From: Octopus sinensis | Lineage: Eukaryota | Direction: 5' to 3' | DNA: 64,000 nucleotides | Assembly: GCF_006345805.1 (NCBI RefSeq) | Contig: NC_043001.1 | Coordinates: 134,106,001 to 134,170,000 of the forward strand | In this document: positions 1-12,042 of the stretch, in pieces | Layout of the letters: every line of letters begins with the position of its first letter | Numbering within the stretch: position 1 is the first letter of the stretch | Position numbers and translations under genes: made by a program | Notes under the pieces: generated by a model | Database searches by the model: none | Told to the model about the DNA's origin: nothing | Seen by the model: only the letters and a program-made list of their open reading frames with translations

Positions 1-609
1 GAAGAGGCTTAAACCAAAGCTCATTCAGGGTAAAATGATATTGAACAGTTATCTGTATCTAGTCATTGGAGAGAATGTGGTCATTGGAGAGTGGTTAGAC
101 AGCATCATCTGGTCTGTATTCTTGAAGAAAGCGGGCATCTTAGTTTTACTGAAAACTGTATGCCACAACATACAGGATTTATTGGTTATTCTTGGTGCAA
201 TATATACATATACCTAGAGATACTTTAAAAGCTCAGAAAGCTGATGTGCTTAAAGATTTAAGTGTTATTCTAAATAAACTCTCAAATACCAATTGAAAAT
301 ACACACCAAGTAGCTATCTAAAAAACACTAAGTGTATCCAACTTATACAAGTATCCAGCTAAATAATTTCTCAAGTATCTTTATAAAAACACTCCTCAAT
401 ATATGTTCAGAAAATCTCTTAAAACATTAACACTTATGACAGTCCTATCTAGGAATGACCAAGCATTTCACACATGTTACCAACACCTCCATCAATACAT
501 CACTTCAGAAAATGTTTGATTCCAGCCAACAGAAAGACGAGGATTTGTAACATACTTCAATGATATTTCACAATTTCATTCTCATTCTCCTTCACTTTGA
601 AAAACCACT

Positions 610-822
610 TTAACCCTTTAATATTTAAACCGGCCACGTCTGGCCAAAATATTTAATCTGTTTTAGGTTCAAACTAACCAGATCCAGGCTCTCACACCTA
701 CCCTACAATAGTAATTACACCATCAAGATCTTGAAGATATGAGATAATGCATGATTAATTCAAATCAATGGGAATCAATAAGCATTATGTTTGATAGAAT
801 AATCTGAACACTAAAGGGTTAA
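610..822. mobile_element. TTAA-flanked piggyBac-like MITE, family 1
   Basis: Ends are TTAA-CCCTTTA...TAAAGGG-TTAA; near-identical copy at 38776-39002 and an inverted relative at 11499-11728. Confidence 0.85.
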
Positions 823-928
823 TGTCAAACCAATGGGAGAGCCTCTTTGCAGTAGTTCAATATGTTAGCCATAACAGTTAAATCTCCTACAAATCAGACA
901 CACAACAATATTTACAGAAAAGAAACAC

Positions 929-1569
929 TTAACCCTATGGCATTCAAATTACTCTGTAAAACATAATACTTATTTTGATTGTTTTCAATTAATCAGGCAT
1001 TATCTTGCAGCTTTAAGATTTCAATGATGTTCTCTTTACACTTACTCTTTTTACTCTTTTACTTGTTTCAGCCATTTGACTGCGGCCATGCTGGAGCACT
1101 GTCTTTTAGTCGAGCAAATCGACCCCGGGACTTATTCTTTGTAAGCCCAGTACTTATTCTATCGATCTCTTTTGCCGAACTGCTAAGTAACGGGGACGTA
1201 AACACACCAGCATCGGTTGTCAAGCAATGCTAGGGGGACAAACACAGACACACAAACACACACATACATATACATATATACACATATATACGACAGGCTT
1301 CTTTCAGTTTCCGTCTACCAAATCCACTCACAAGGCATTGGTCGGCCCGGGGCTATAGCAGAAGACACTTGCCCAAGATGCCACACAGTGGGACTGAACC
1401 CGGAACCATGTGGTTGGTTAGCAAGCTACTTACCACACAGCCACTCCTGTGCCTGTGATTGTATATTTTTAGAATGACATTGTATGGTGGGTGTAAGAGG
1501 CCAAAATCTGGCTAATTTGAACTTTAATCATGTAGAATAGTTTGGCCAGTTTAAATACTAAAGGGTTAC
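929..1569. mobile_element. TTAA MITE family 1 (diverged), interrupted by a CORE-type SINE
   Basis: Starts TTAACCCTA and ends AAAGGGTTAC; both halves align to the 11499-11728 copy; a SINE is inserted at about 1036-1454. Confidence 0.7.
1036..1454 (-). mobile_element. tRNA-derived CORE-type SINE (family A)
   Basis: Minus strand shows a tRNA-like head (GGCTGTGTGGTAAG...GGTTCAGTCCC), a CORE-like GGCATCTTGGGCAAGTGTCTT block, an internal microsatellite and a (GAGTAAAA)n tail; many copies in the window. Confidence 0.9.
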
Positions 1570-1940
1570 TGAATAACGTAGTCTTAGGTGTACCACTTTC
1601 AAAAAGGCTTTTGTCATAGATCTGCCCAATGAAGAATGACCTGGGGCTAAACTACGACCTCTGAGCTTGCTAAAACTCTTGAAGATATGCAATTCAGCTG
1701 ACAGGTCACCTAACAGGTCTTCTCATTTGAAATCTTTGCATAACTCTTTTGATGCTAACCAAACCCACCAGGGCCTACCTCTGATTTTACTATACAAACT
1801 TTTTGTTTTAAACTAATTGAAATTAAAACCTTCCATCAAAATTTCATATAAAATTATATTCCAAACACCTGCTTAATAACAACAAAGTTATTTTACAGTT
1901 CTATATTTAAGGGATGAGGAATTATGTACATTATTTACAA

Positions 1941-2446
1941 CTAGCAGCATAGCCCGGCATTGCCCGGGTATGTAAGAGCCCCTGGAGCAGACATGATGCT
2001 TGCTGTGAATTTTTAAAAAATTCCTGCCAATTTGTGAAAGATATTGTCGAAAATATGTCATCTTGAATTTGAACGAGATTTCCCAAAATGGCATGATTTT
2101 TTCTGATGGTAAGGTATTGCATGGAAAACTAACGTCAGAATTAAGTTTCTTAGGATAACATTAAGCTTCACCATGAGTTTGGTGAAAATTGATTGCAAGT
2201 TGCAAAAACTACAACAGAAAATGTGTTGCAAATAAAAAGCTTAGATTCTTGACCCCATGTCGAATTTATCAATATTTTTCAGAACTGGGGGAACTTTTCA
2301 AAATTTTCGCTGCGTTAGTTTTGAATTATGACATTGGGCTATGTGTGTGTCAAGTTTCATCAGAATCGGTTGAAAGCCGTGGTCAGGGTGAGGGTACAAC
2401 CTGACAGACACACAGACAGACAAACTGCCGTTTATATAGAGAGAGA
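1941..2446 (-). mobile_element. Non-autonomous Helitron
   Basis: Minus strand has 5' TC after A, a subterminal hairpin CCCGGGCAATGCCGGG and a 3' CTAG followed by T; no TSD. Confidence 0.8.
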
Positions 2447-3185
2447 TTGATGGATATTTGTCCTCATCAAAGTTATTAAGTTATTTTATTCTTTGCTATT
2501 TTCAAAATTAACTGAAACAAGAGCAGTGTATTTCAACCGAAATATGGTAATGGAGGACTTAAAGCAAAAGACACAAATTTAGAGAAAGGAAATATTTCAA
2601 ACCTCTGAAAAAAAAAAAAAAAATTCAGCAATTTAAATATAAAAATAGATTTGTTCCTTTCTTCTCTCACTATAACTTTGGAGATGGTAAGCATGGAAGG
2701 GATGTGTTTGCATAGCAGTAAAAAACAGCTGGAAAAATAGAAGTTTGGTTTCAATAAGCAACAGACAACTTATGACTAGTATAGAATGTATAGAGAATGG
2801 TAGAATAGTAGAAAATTAGTTAAACAAACTTGGTCATTTGAAACAGGAAAGGGTGTACGTAAACAGTAATGGGAGGTAAACAATATAAACCAAAATACAG
2901 AAAGTTTAAAATAAAATAGAACAATAAACAGCAATTTGCTACTTCAAAGCTTTAAAACAAAGTTAACAAATATTAGAGTATCCTGCAGAGTTTGGTGCAG
3001 TGTTTGGCGTTTTAGCTTACAATACAGTTAGAAAATTAACCAAATTTAAATGTTATGTTCCAAGTAACATCACCACCATCAGCATCATTTCATCATCATC
3101 TGTATAACAATTTTTTTATCATTGCTTGCATCATCTACATAACCATTTTTCGCATCATTATCATTATTATTCTCATCATCAGCAA

Positions 3186-3330
3186 TGTGCAGGCATGGCT
3201 GTGTGGTTAAATAGTTTGCTTCCCGACCATATAGTTTCGGGTTCAGTACCACTGTGTGACACATTGGGCAAACATCTATTATAGCCCTGGACTGACCAAA
3301 ACCTCGAGTGGAAACTAAAAGAAGCCTGCT
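3186..3330 (+). mobile_element. Family A SINE, 3'-truncated
   Basis: Head and CORE-like block only. Confidence 0.7.
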
Positions 3331-3383
3331 GTATATAAATGTTATACAAATATATATATATGTGGCAATCTTGAGCTCCAGCT

Positions 3384-3633
3384 TAATGTGGAGGTTGTGT
3401 TAGAACACAGAATACTAGGTTGTTTATCTTGAGAGGACCTCATAAGTGCATAAAAGCACTTATGTGGCTGCTGGAGATCTATCACTAAGGAGCCCATTGC
3501 AGGACAAAATGATGTGATCTGGCAGTTCCGACAGTCACAGCAGATATAACTACAAGTGCTTTTATGCATCACAAGTCCATATGAGAGGTCCTCTTATAAA
3601 GCAGTATTCTGTGCTCTAACACCACATCCACAT
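3384..3633. mobile_element. Foldback/MITE-like element with long imperfect inverted arms
   Basis: Arm 3384-3458 is the reverse complement of about 3553-3633 (AATGTGGA...CAGAATACT...GAGAGGACCTCAT...GCATAAAAGCACTT); a diverged partial copy lies at about 3950-4137. Confidence 0.6.
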
Positions 3634-4224
3634 TATGTTGGTTTTAATACTGTTTAATACTGTTACAGTTGCTATTAATTATTTTTTAATAAGGCTCCTG
3701 TCTATTTGTGACACCAATGCCTGAATAGACACTGATCTTGTACATAAATGGCAATTTCTGTTTGCTGATTTGTCTGTTACCATCTTGCTGCCTACACCAA
3801 TGAATCAATCTTGATGAAACTGTCAGGGAAGGCATGGTCTGACATGGATTAAACAAAAATTAATATAAGATATTCTATTGTAAAAATTGTCCATTAATAA
3901 CACACTATTCAGCTAGTATTCTATATATTGTTGACAGGAGATTTGGTTGTCATGTTGCTGCTGAACATCTGTCACTAAAGAGACTATAGCAGCGTGAAAT
4001 GATGTGATCTGGGAGTTCCAGTGGCCATAGCAGATGGTTCTCTGCTGTCAAAAATATAGTTATAAATGCTTTTATGCACCATGAAACCAAGGTAAATAAT
4101 GTAGTATTCTATAATTCTAACAATGTCCACATTAAGCTAGAGATCAAGATAGCCTTTTGGTATAATAGTGCTTCTTTTGGTATTAATACACACACACATA
4201 CACACATATGTATGTATGTATGTA

Positions 4225-4455
4225 TGTATATTTATTCCTTTATTGCCTACAGGGGGCTAAACCTAGAGGGGACAAACAAGGAAAAAGGGATTAAGTCGAT
4301 TACATTAACCCCAGTGCATAACTGGTACTTATTTAATCGACCCTGAAAGGATGAAAGCCAAAGTTGATCTCAGTGGAATTTGAACTTGGAACATAACAGT
4401 AAATGAAATACCGCTAAGCATTTCGCCTGGCATGCAAACGTTTCTGCCAGCTCAC
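4225..4455 (-). mobile_element. tRNA-headed SINE family C
   Basis: Matches the younger copies at 31273-31503 and 49530-49754. Confidence 0.75.
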
Positions 4456-4458
4456 TGT

Positions 4459-4661
4459 ATACTCTTTTACTCTTTTACTTGTTTGTCATTTGACTGCGGC
4501 CATGCTGGAGCACCACCTTTAATCGAGCAACTCGACCCCGGGACTTATTCTATTGTAAGCCCAGTACTTATTCTATCGGTCTCTTTTGCCGAACTGCTAA
4601 GTGACGGGGACGTAAACACACCAGCAATGCTAGGGGGACAAACACAGACGCACAAACATAT

Positions 4662-4692
<31 letters not shown>

Positions 4693-4856
4693 CATATATA
4701 CGACAGGCTTCTTTCAGTTTCCATCTACCAAATCCACTCACAAGGCATTGGTCAGCCCGGGGCTATAGCAGAAGATACTTGCCCAAAGTGTCACGCAGTG
4801 GGACTGAACCCAGAACCATGTGGTTGGTAAGCAAGCTACTTACCACACAGCCACTC
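4459..4856 (-). mobile_element. Family A CORE-type SINE
   Basis: High similarity to 1036-1454, with an internal deletion. Confidence 0.9.
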
Positions 4857-5171
4857 ATATATTGGTAGGAGTATATTTAAGTCTCTTTGTCTTTACATTG
4901 TGTGAATGACAATTGTAAATGAGTGTCACTGTCATATAAGCAACGTCATTCACTTCCAATATTCTGTGAAAACATGTCTGGCCATGGGGAAATATTAGCT
5001 TGCTTGGAAACAGATAGGGTTTGGCAACAGGAAGGGTATTGAAAATCCATAAGAAAATCTACCTCAATAAAATTCTGTTCAATCCATGCCAGCATGGAAA
5101 AGTGGACATTGAAATAGTTTTCCTTATCACCATCATCTAGATAACAATTTTACCATCATTATTACGATTGT

Positions 5172-5525
5172 TGACTGGCACCCGGCAGATGCCAGGACCC
5201 CTGGACTGGAGATACGTAAAAAGCACTATCTGAATCGTGGCCGATGCCAGCGCCGCCTCGACTGGCTTCCGTGTAGGTGGCACGTAAAATGCACCAATCC
5301 GACCGTGGCCGATGCCAGCCTCGCCTGGCACCAGTGCAGGTGGCACGTAAAAAGCTCCCACTACACTCACGGAGTGGTTGGCGTTAGGAAGGGCATCCAG
5401 CTGTGGAAACTTTGCCAGATAAGACCGGAGCCTGGTGCAGCCTTCTGGCTTCCCAGATCCCCGGTCGAACCGTCCAACCCATGCTAGCATGGAGAACGGA
5501 CGTTAAACGATGATGATGATGATGA
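5172..5525 (+). mobile_element. RTE 3'-UTR-derived element (family B), (GAT)n tail
   Basis: Contains GGCACGTAAAAAGCACC internal repeats and the 3' end GGCGTTAGGAAGGGCATCC...GCTAGCATGG...CGTTAAACGATGATGAT shared with the RTE copy at 28630-29762. Confidence 0.85.
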
Positions 5526-6059
5526 TACAGCATACTGTTACTTTATAACTGCATCAATTTAAACTTATTTACACAGAGTTTTATATGATGCTGGTATTTT
5601 AATAGAAATCATTTGACAAACATATATTTTTTTTTTCCCTCTGCAGCCATTTATTAAATTTAGATACAAATTTAAACAAAGACGCAATAAAATTACATAA
5701 ACATAACTGTTGGATGTAATTTATGTATAGTCATTCTTTCAGCTGTTGTTGACATTTCTGAGGAAGAATAAATATACTTTTAGCCACTCACAGAAAGCCA
5801 CACTATTTATCAGCTAATAACACAAACCATTACTATTGAAATGGCAGATTTGTTGGGGAATAAGGATAGAATGCCTTACAGTATTTGGTTCTCCTGCACT
5901 CTCACTTCAAATCCTACAAGGTCAGCCATTGCCTCTCATCCTACTGAGGATCAATAAATTAAAGGACCAGTCAATTGCCAGGGCCAATTCTATCTATCTA
6001 TCTATCTATCTCATTCACAGTATTATTCACAGAATGGAACCTGCTACGTTAGGAGGAGG

Positions 6060-6325
6060 GGGGAGAGGAGAAGGAGGAGACAGAGGGAGAGGAGATGAGA
6101 CAGATGGGGAGGAGATGAGACAGAGGGGGTAGATGAGACAGAGGAGGAGGAGATGAGACAGAGGGGGAGGAGATGAGACAGAGGGGGAGGAGATGAGACG
6201 GAGGGGGAGGAGATGAGATAGAAGGGGAGATGAGACAGAGCGGGAGGAGATGAGATACAGGGGATGAGACAGAAGGGGGTGACAGAGGGGGGATGTGTCA
6301 GAGGGGGAGGAGATGAGACAGAAGG
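6060..6325. repeat. Purine-rich minisatellite, about 20-bp unit GAGGGGGAGGAGATGAGACA
   Basis: Direct inspection; roughly a dozen degenerate units. Confidence 0.85.
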
Positions 6326-7013
6326 GAGTAGATTGTGTAGATTGGGTTAGTTGTTATACTTGGCTATGAGTGTGATGTTGTCAATATACAAAACTTGGTG
6401 TGGATGAGGTATAAATTGAAAACTGTGAGAAGGTACATCCCTATGATCAGAGCCATCTTAGCAGAATTATAAGGCCCCCTGAGCAAATCAATGCCCTGAG
6501 ACCTATAGAGCATAATTGGCCCTCTAGATCCCTGAGGCCCTCCAGGTAACTGCCTTGTGTGCCCACACTTTTTAAGATGGCATTGACTGTGATATTTCGT
6601 TCTTTAAATTCCAAGTTCTGGAAAAGCTGCACGTGTATATAAGTTTGGCAGCGTGACAGTTTGCTAGATGTTGTTGTTGTTGTTGGTGTTTTATTGAAGT
6701 CCCATGTGGAATTTGACAAAATTTCAAACATAACAGACAATTAAAACAGAAATATATGATGGAAGGCACAGAGAGAGAGAGAGAGAGAGAGGAAGAAATA
6801 AGAAGAGGTAATCATCGGGGAAAGAGAAAGATTGTTTGAGAGTGTAAAAGAAATTAAAAGAAAAAGTTGAGAGGCAGAGGAGGAGATAATGGAAAATACA
6901 TTGTTTTATAATTGTAGTGATATCTTGGTGTTTATTGTAGTGTTAATGGCTAATGTTTATTATTTGTGATAACTGGTGATGGTGGTAATAGTGGTGGTGG
7001 TTGTTGTAGTGTT

Positions 7014-7048
<35 letters not shown>

Positions 7049-7049
<1 letters not shown>

Positions 7050-7631
7050 GACCTTTGAATGTTGGTCACTTGTCATTGCCTCATGGAGGCAATGACAAGT
7101 GATTAAGTCCTTTGGAGATATGCTGTGGTTGAGAAGACCCAGCAAGCCAAGTGAAATCGTAACCATGGCCTATGCCAGTGCAGCATAACCGGCCTATTTA
7201 AGAGTACCCGTCAATCATTGGGCAAGAAACTGTACTTGTGAAGCCCTGTTGAGTCAAGTGAAGCCATTGTCGTGGCCGATGACAGTACCACCTGATTGAC
7301 ACCCATGTCAGTGGCACATAAAAAGCACCATTCGAGTGTGGTCAATGCCAGTGCCGCCTGACTGGTCCCATGCTGGTGGCATGTAAAAAACACCATTCAA
7401 GCGTGGTCATTGCCAGTACTGCCTGACTAACTCCCATGCTGGTGGCATGTAAAAAGCACCCACTATACTCTAGGAGTGGTCGGCATTAGGAAGGGCATTG
7501 AGCTGTAGAAACTTTGCTAGTTCAGATTGGACTCTGGTGCAGCCTTTTGGCTTGCCAGTCCTCAGTCAAACCGTCCAACCCATGCCAGCATGAAAAGTGG
7601 ATGTTAAACAATGACAATGTTGATGATGATA
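7049..7631 (+). mobile_element. Old 5'-truncated RTE LINE 3' end
   Basis: End of ORF (GAGGCAATGACAAG...GAGAAGACCCAGC) followed by the 3' UTR and a decayed (GAT)n tail. Confidence 0.75.
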
Positions 7632-8165
7632 CTAAAACAAACCAAAAATCAACACATAGGTACAACACGTGGAATAAACTGTGAAATGAATTAAATAAAC
7701 CAGGTGTTAACTACTAAATATTTTAAAATTTGGCAATGATAATTTTCTCAGTTATAACAGTATTCCTATGATCCTTTGCAGTATTACTGCAAACTGCGCC
7801 AGCAACACAGGACTATTATTTCATTCCCATGATGGTGCCAAGAAGTTCTCGAAACTTTAATAAATTTAGAAACAAGACTGCTCCAAAGTAAACATAAACA
7901 GTAAATGAGGAAATATGAAAACAATTTGATAAAACAGACTAAATAATTGTTTCTGTAATGTGTGTGCATGTGTGAGAGAGAGAGAGAGAGAGTACTTAAA
8001 GCAACCCCTAGTTGATATCCATTTTAAAGTATCACTGATAAGAAAATGTCAAAAGCAAAAACGACTCAATATGTTGGAAGTGAAGAACACAAAAAAGTGA
8101 TAGAAACTCCTCCACTTCACAGATAGCATATTAAGCTGATATGAAAGAAGAATTCAGGGATGCAC

Positions 8166-8219
<54 letters not shown>

Positions 8220-8221
<2 letters not shown>

Positions 8222-9992
8222 CGGGACGTAGTCGATCCACCTGTGCATACCTTCCTTCTTGTGACACTTGTGAAGACCTGCTGAGGCAAGTGAAAATCAA
8301 TCAAAATAGATGAACATCAATGGAATTTGTATCTTTGTGATACCAGTGCCTGTGGCACACAAGAAAACCATCCGAACGTGGCCGTAGCCAGTACCGCGTC
8401 GATTCGCCTCCGTGATGTGGGAACATGGTGGCACATAAAAACACCATCCGAAGACCCGGCAAGACTAGTCAGGTCATAACCCGTGGGCCCTACCTGGGAC
8501 GTAGTCAGTCCACCTGTACATACCTTCCTTCTTGCGACACTTGTGAAGACCTGTTGAGGCAAGTGAAAATCAAAACAAATCAAAATAGATGAACATCAAT
8601 GGAATTTGTATCTTTGTGGTACCAGTGCCGGTGGCACACAAGAATCCATCCGAACGTGGCCGTAGTCAGTACCGCTTGTGATACCAGTGCCGGTGGCACA
8701 CAAGAATCCATCCGAACGTGGCCGTAGTCAGTACCGCATCACTGGCCATCGTGCTGTGGGCACATAACAAACACCATCCGGTCATGGCCGTTCACCAGCC
8801 TCATCTAGCACCTGTGTCGGTGGCACATAAAAAGTAGTCAGTACCGCTTGTGGTACCAGTGCCGGTGGCACACAAGAATCCATCCGAACATGGCCGTAGT
8901 CAGTACCGCATCACTGGCCATCGTGCTGTGGGCACATAACAAACACCATCCGGTCGTGGCCGTTCACCAGCCTCATCTAGCACCTGTGTCGGTGGCACAT
9001 AAAAACACCATCCGAAGACCCGGCAAGACTAGTCAGGCCATAAACCATGGCCCCTACCTGGGACGTAGTCAGTCCACCTGTGCATACCTTCCTCCTTGTG
9101 ATACTTGTGAAGGCCTGTTGAGGCAAGTGAAAATCAAAATCAAATCAAAACAAATCAAAATAGATGAACATCAATGGAATTTGTATCTTTGTGGTACCAG
9201 TGCCGGTGGCACACAAGAGAAAACCATCCGAAAGTGGCCGTAGCCAGTACCGCATCGACTGGCCTCCGTGCTGTGGGCACATGACAAACACCATCCGATC
9301 GTGGCCGTTCGCCAGCCTCATCTAGCACCTGTGTCGGTGGCACATAAAAACACCATCCGAAGACCCGGCAAGACTAGTCAGGCCATAACCCATAGCCCCT
9401 ACCTGGGACGTAGTCAGTCCACCTGTGCATACCTTCCTTCTTGTGACACTTGTGAAGACCTGTTGAGGCAAGTGAAAATCAAAATCAAAATCAAAACAAA
9501 TCAAAATAGATGAACATCAATGGAATCTGTATCTTTGTGGTACCAGTGCCGGTGGCACACAAGAGAACCATCCGAACGTGGCCGTAGCCAGTTCCGCATC
9601 GACCGGCCTCCGTGCTGTGGGCACATAACAAGCACCATCCGATCGTGGCCGTTTTGCCAGCCTCATCTGGCACCTGTGTCGGTGGCACATAAAAACACCA
9701 TCCGAGCATGGCCGTCTGCCAGCCTCGTCTGGCACCTGTGTCGGTGGCACATAAAAAACACCATCCGAGCATGGCCGTTTGCCAGCCTCGTCTGGCACCT
9801 GTGTCGGTGGCACATAAAATCACCCACTACACTCTCGGAGTGGTTGGCGTTAGGAAGGGCATCCAGCTGTAGAAACACTGCCAGATCTGACTGGACTGGT
9901 GCAGCTTTCGGGCTCCCCAGACCCCAGTTGAACCGTCCAACCCATGCTAGCATGGAAAGCGGACGTTAAATGATGATGATGATGATGATGAT
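8220..9992 (+). mobile_element. RTE 3'-UTR multimer (hierarchical tandem array) ending in the family B tail
   Basis: The module GAAGACCCGGCAAGACTAGTCAGG recurs at about 8450, 9013 and 9360, with a partial copy at 8220; one terminal (GAT)n tail; starts directly after a (TA)n tract. Confidence 0.85.
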
Positions 9993-10118
9993 ATATATAA
10001 AGATAGGAATTATAGATGAACACTGAATCGCTGTAGACAACACTGTAAAGTATCGTTCAGATCTAATTTAAGAATTAAAGGCCAAATATTCAATCCAAGA
10101 AATACATTTTACTTTCAG

Positions 10119-10319
10119 TCATATACAATCACTATTTGTGCAGAAACCATTTCCTCAAAACATTCAAACCACAATAAACAATTCACAGTAAGATATTTAT
10201 TCCAGTTCAGCTGGATTTCCTACAAAAATAGAAATATTTATATTTATATTTACAGAGCAAAGACTCTACAGTGGATGTTACAGCATCATGTTAAACACTG
10301 TCATCCTATATCAGTTGAA
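10119..10319 (+). CDS. Candidate two small exons (10119-10187, 10256-10319) of an unidentified gene
   Basis: Signals are TTTTACTTTCAG| ... |GTAAGA, a 68-nt intron, then TTTATATTTACAG| ... |GTATGT. One frame is open across the junction (HIQSLFVQKPFPQNIQTTINNSQAKTLQWMLQHHVKHCHPISVE). No homolog recognised. Confidence 0.25.
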
Positions 10320-10532
10320 GTATGTGCACATACGTTGCCAGAGTGAATCATTTTGGTTCAAACAAAATTCATCTTCTCCACAGCTCCATGCAAATATAAT
10401 TACTATCTCACATTTATTTTAATTTTGCATTTTATCACAAACTAGATAGTTAATGGTGGATCCATTTTCAGAATAAAGGAACTCTTTAGTTGAACTTCTG
10501 GTACACTGATGTGGTATGTTATACAACTGTTA

Positions 10533-10919
10533 GGAGGCGCAATGGCCCAGTGGTTAGGGCAGCGGACTCGCGGTCGTAGGATCGCGGTTTCGATTCCCAG
10601 ACCGGGCGTTGTGAGTGTTTATTGAGCGAAAACACCTAAAGCTCCACGAGGCTCCGGCAGGGGATGGTGGTGATCCCTGCTGTACTCTTTCACCACAACT
10701 TTCTCTCACTCTTACTTCCTGTTTCTGTTGTACCTGTATTTCAAGGGGCCGGCCTTGTCACTCTCTGTGTCACGCTGAATATCCCCGAGAACTACGTTAA
10801 GGGTACACGTGTCTGTGGAGTGCTCAGCCACTTACACGTTAATTTCATGAGCAGGCTGTTCCGTTGATTCGGATCAACCGGAACCCTCGTCGTCGTAACC
10901 GACGGAGTGCTTCCATCCA
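10533..10919 (+). mobile_element. tRNA-headed SINE family D
   Basis: Head GGAGGCGCAATGGCCCAGTGGTTAGGGCAGCGG...GGTTTCGATTCCC carries A/B boxes; four near-identical full copies in the window. Confidence 0.9.
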
Positions 10920-11498
10920 CGACTGTCTTGATCATTCACTTAACATGTATTTTCATGCTAGCATGAGTTTGGACCGAGATTTATTTCAGGCAGGATTTTA
11001 TGGCTTGAAGCTCTTCTTGTTGCCAACTCTTGCCAGTTTTTTTTTTTTGTTTTTTTCAATTTAAGAGGTATCTTTATTTCACATGTTCTTAAAATGCAGA
11101 GTGACCAGTCACACCATCAAGAAAGAATGTCAATATCACTACCAACACATATTCACATGCACACATATTCACATATGTATGATGGGCTTCTTCTGATTTC
11201 TTCCTACCAAATTCCCTGACATGGCATGGTCAAACCAAGGTTTGGCACTTGCCCAATAGACGACACTTGCCCAATAGGCTGTGCAGTAGGACTGAACCAC
11301 AAATCATATGGATGTAATATGAACTTCTTAATCACACACAGCCATACCTACACCTATGTTTTCCAATATAATTCCATTCATATCTAAGATGCATTACAAC
11401 AACATAAACCAACCCCAATATTTTATTGATATATTGTCATGGCCTGTTACTGGAACTTACCAGTGATGCCACATATTTCTGGTCACACAGCATACTCT

Positions 11499-11728
11499 TT
11501 AACCCTTTAGTGTTCAGATTATTCTGACAAATGTGATGTTTGTTTATTTAAAATGGTTTGAATTAATCCTGCCATTATCTTGTAGTTTAGAGATTTCGGT
11601 GATGTGATTTTTTTAGTTTTAGAATGACATGGTAGGGCTGAGGTGAGAGGCGAGAACTGGTCAGTTTCAATATAAAACAGGTTAAATATTTTGGCCAGAT
11701 ATGGCCGGTTTGAATGCTAAAGGGTTAA
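11499..11728. mobile_element. TTAA MITE family 1
   Basis: Ends are TTAACCCTTTAG...CTAAAGGGTTAA; inverted relative to 610-822. Confidence 0.85.
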
Positions 11729-12042
11729 ATACACGAAAATATAATTTTTTTTGCATGCTTACAATATTTTATAATTAAGCTTTAATATTTAAATATCCTT
11801 GAAGCCATAAGAAAGATACAGAATAAAATATTTACTCAAATTATGAAAATGTACCACCAGTGGTGCATATGGTGGCAGTTGTGTGAAGTTTGCAATGAAC
11901 CACCAGTGGTAGACATGGCAGTTAATGTGTTAACCTCTGAAGGACAAAACGCAAAGTTGATCTCAGAAGGATTTTCACTTAGAATATACATGGTTACAAC
12001 TAAATACCATGTTTTTCAACTCACAAATAATTCCATCAATCC

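Noticed and set aside
7815-7860. Minus-strand terminal-exon candidate FRELLGTIMGMK-stop, and similar short acceptor-plus-stop segments near 2607, 14404, 41128 and 48975
   Set aside because: Strong-looking acceptors arise easily from T-rich tracts; there is no recognisable homology and no consistent exon chain.
8545-8625. CTGTTGAG...GAAA in the RTE UTR as a possible hammerhead
   Set aside because: Stem II does not pair and there is no helix III or NUH site in register; it is better explained as a simple hairpin.
8220-9810. CRISPR-like repeat-spacer appearance
   Set aside because: The intervening sequences are themselves repeated rather than unique spacers, the context is eukaryotic, and there are no cas genes.
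8317-9969. Cluster of overlapping ORFs on both strands
   Set aside because: All derive from the GC-richer RTE 3' UTR repeats; none is protein-like.
10533-10610. tRNA gene-like sequence (also at 12350-12425, 41575-41652, 52878-52955)
   Set aside because: These are SINE heads followed by a constant SINE body, some with TSDs; the acceptor stem does not close.
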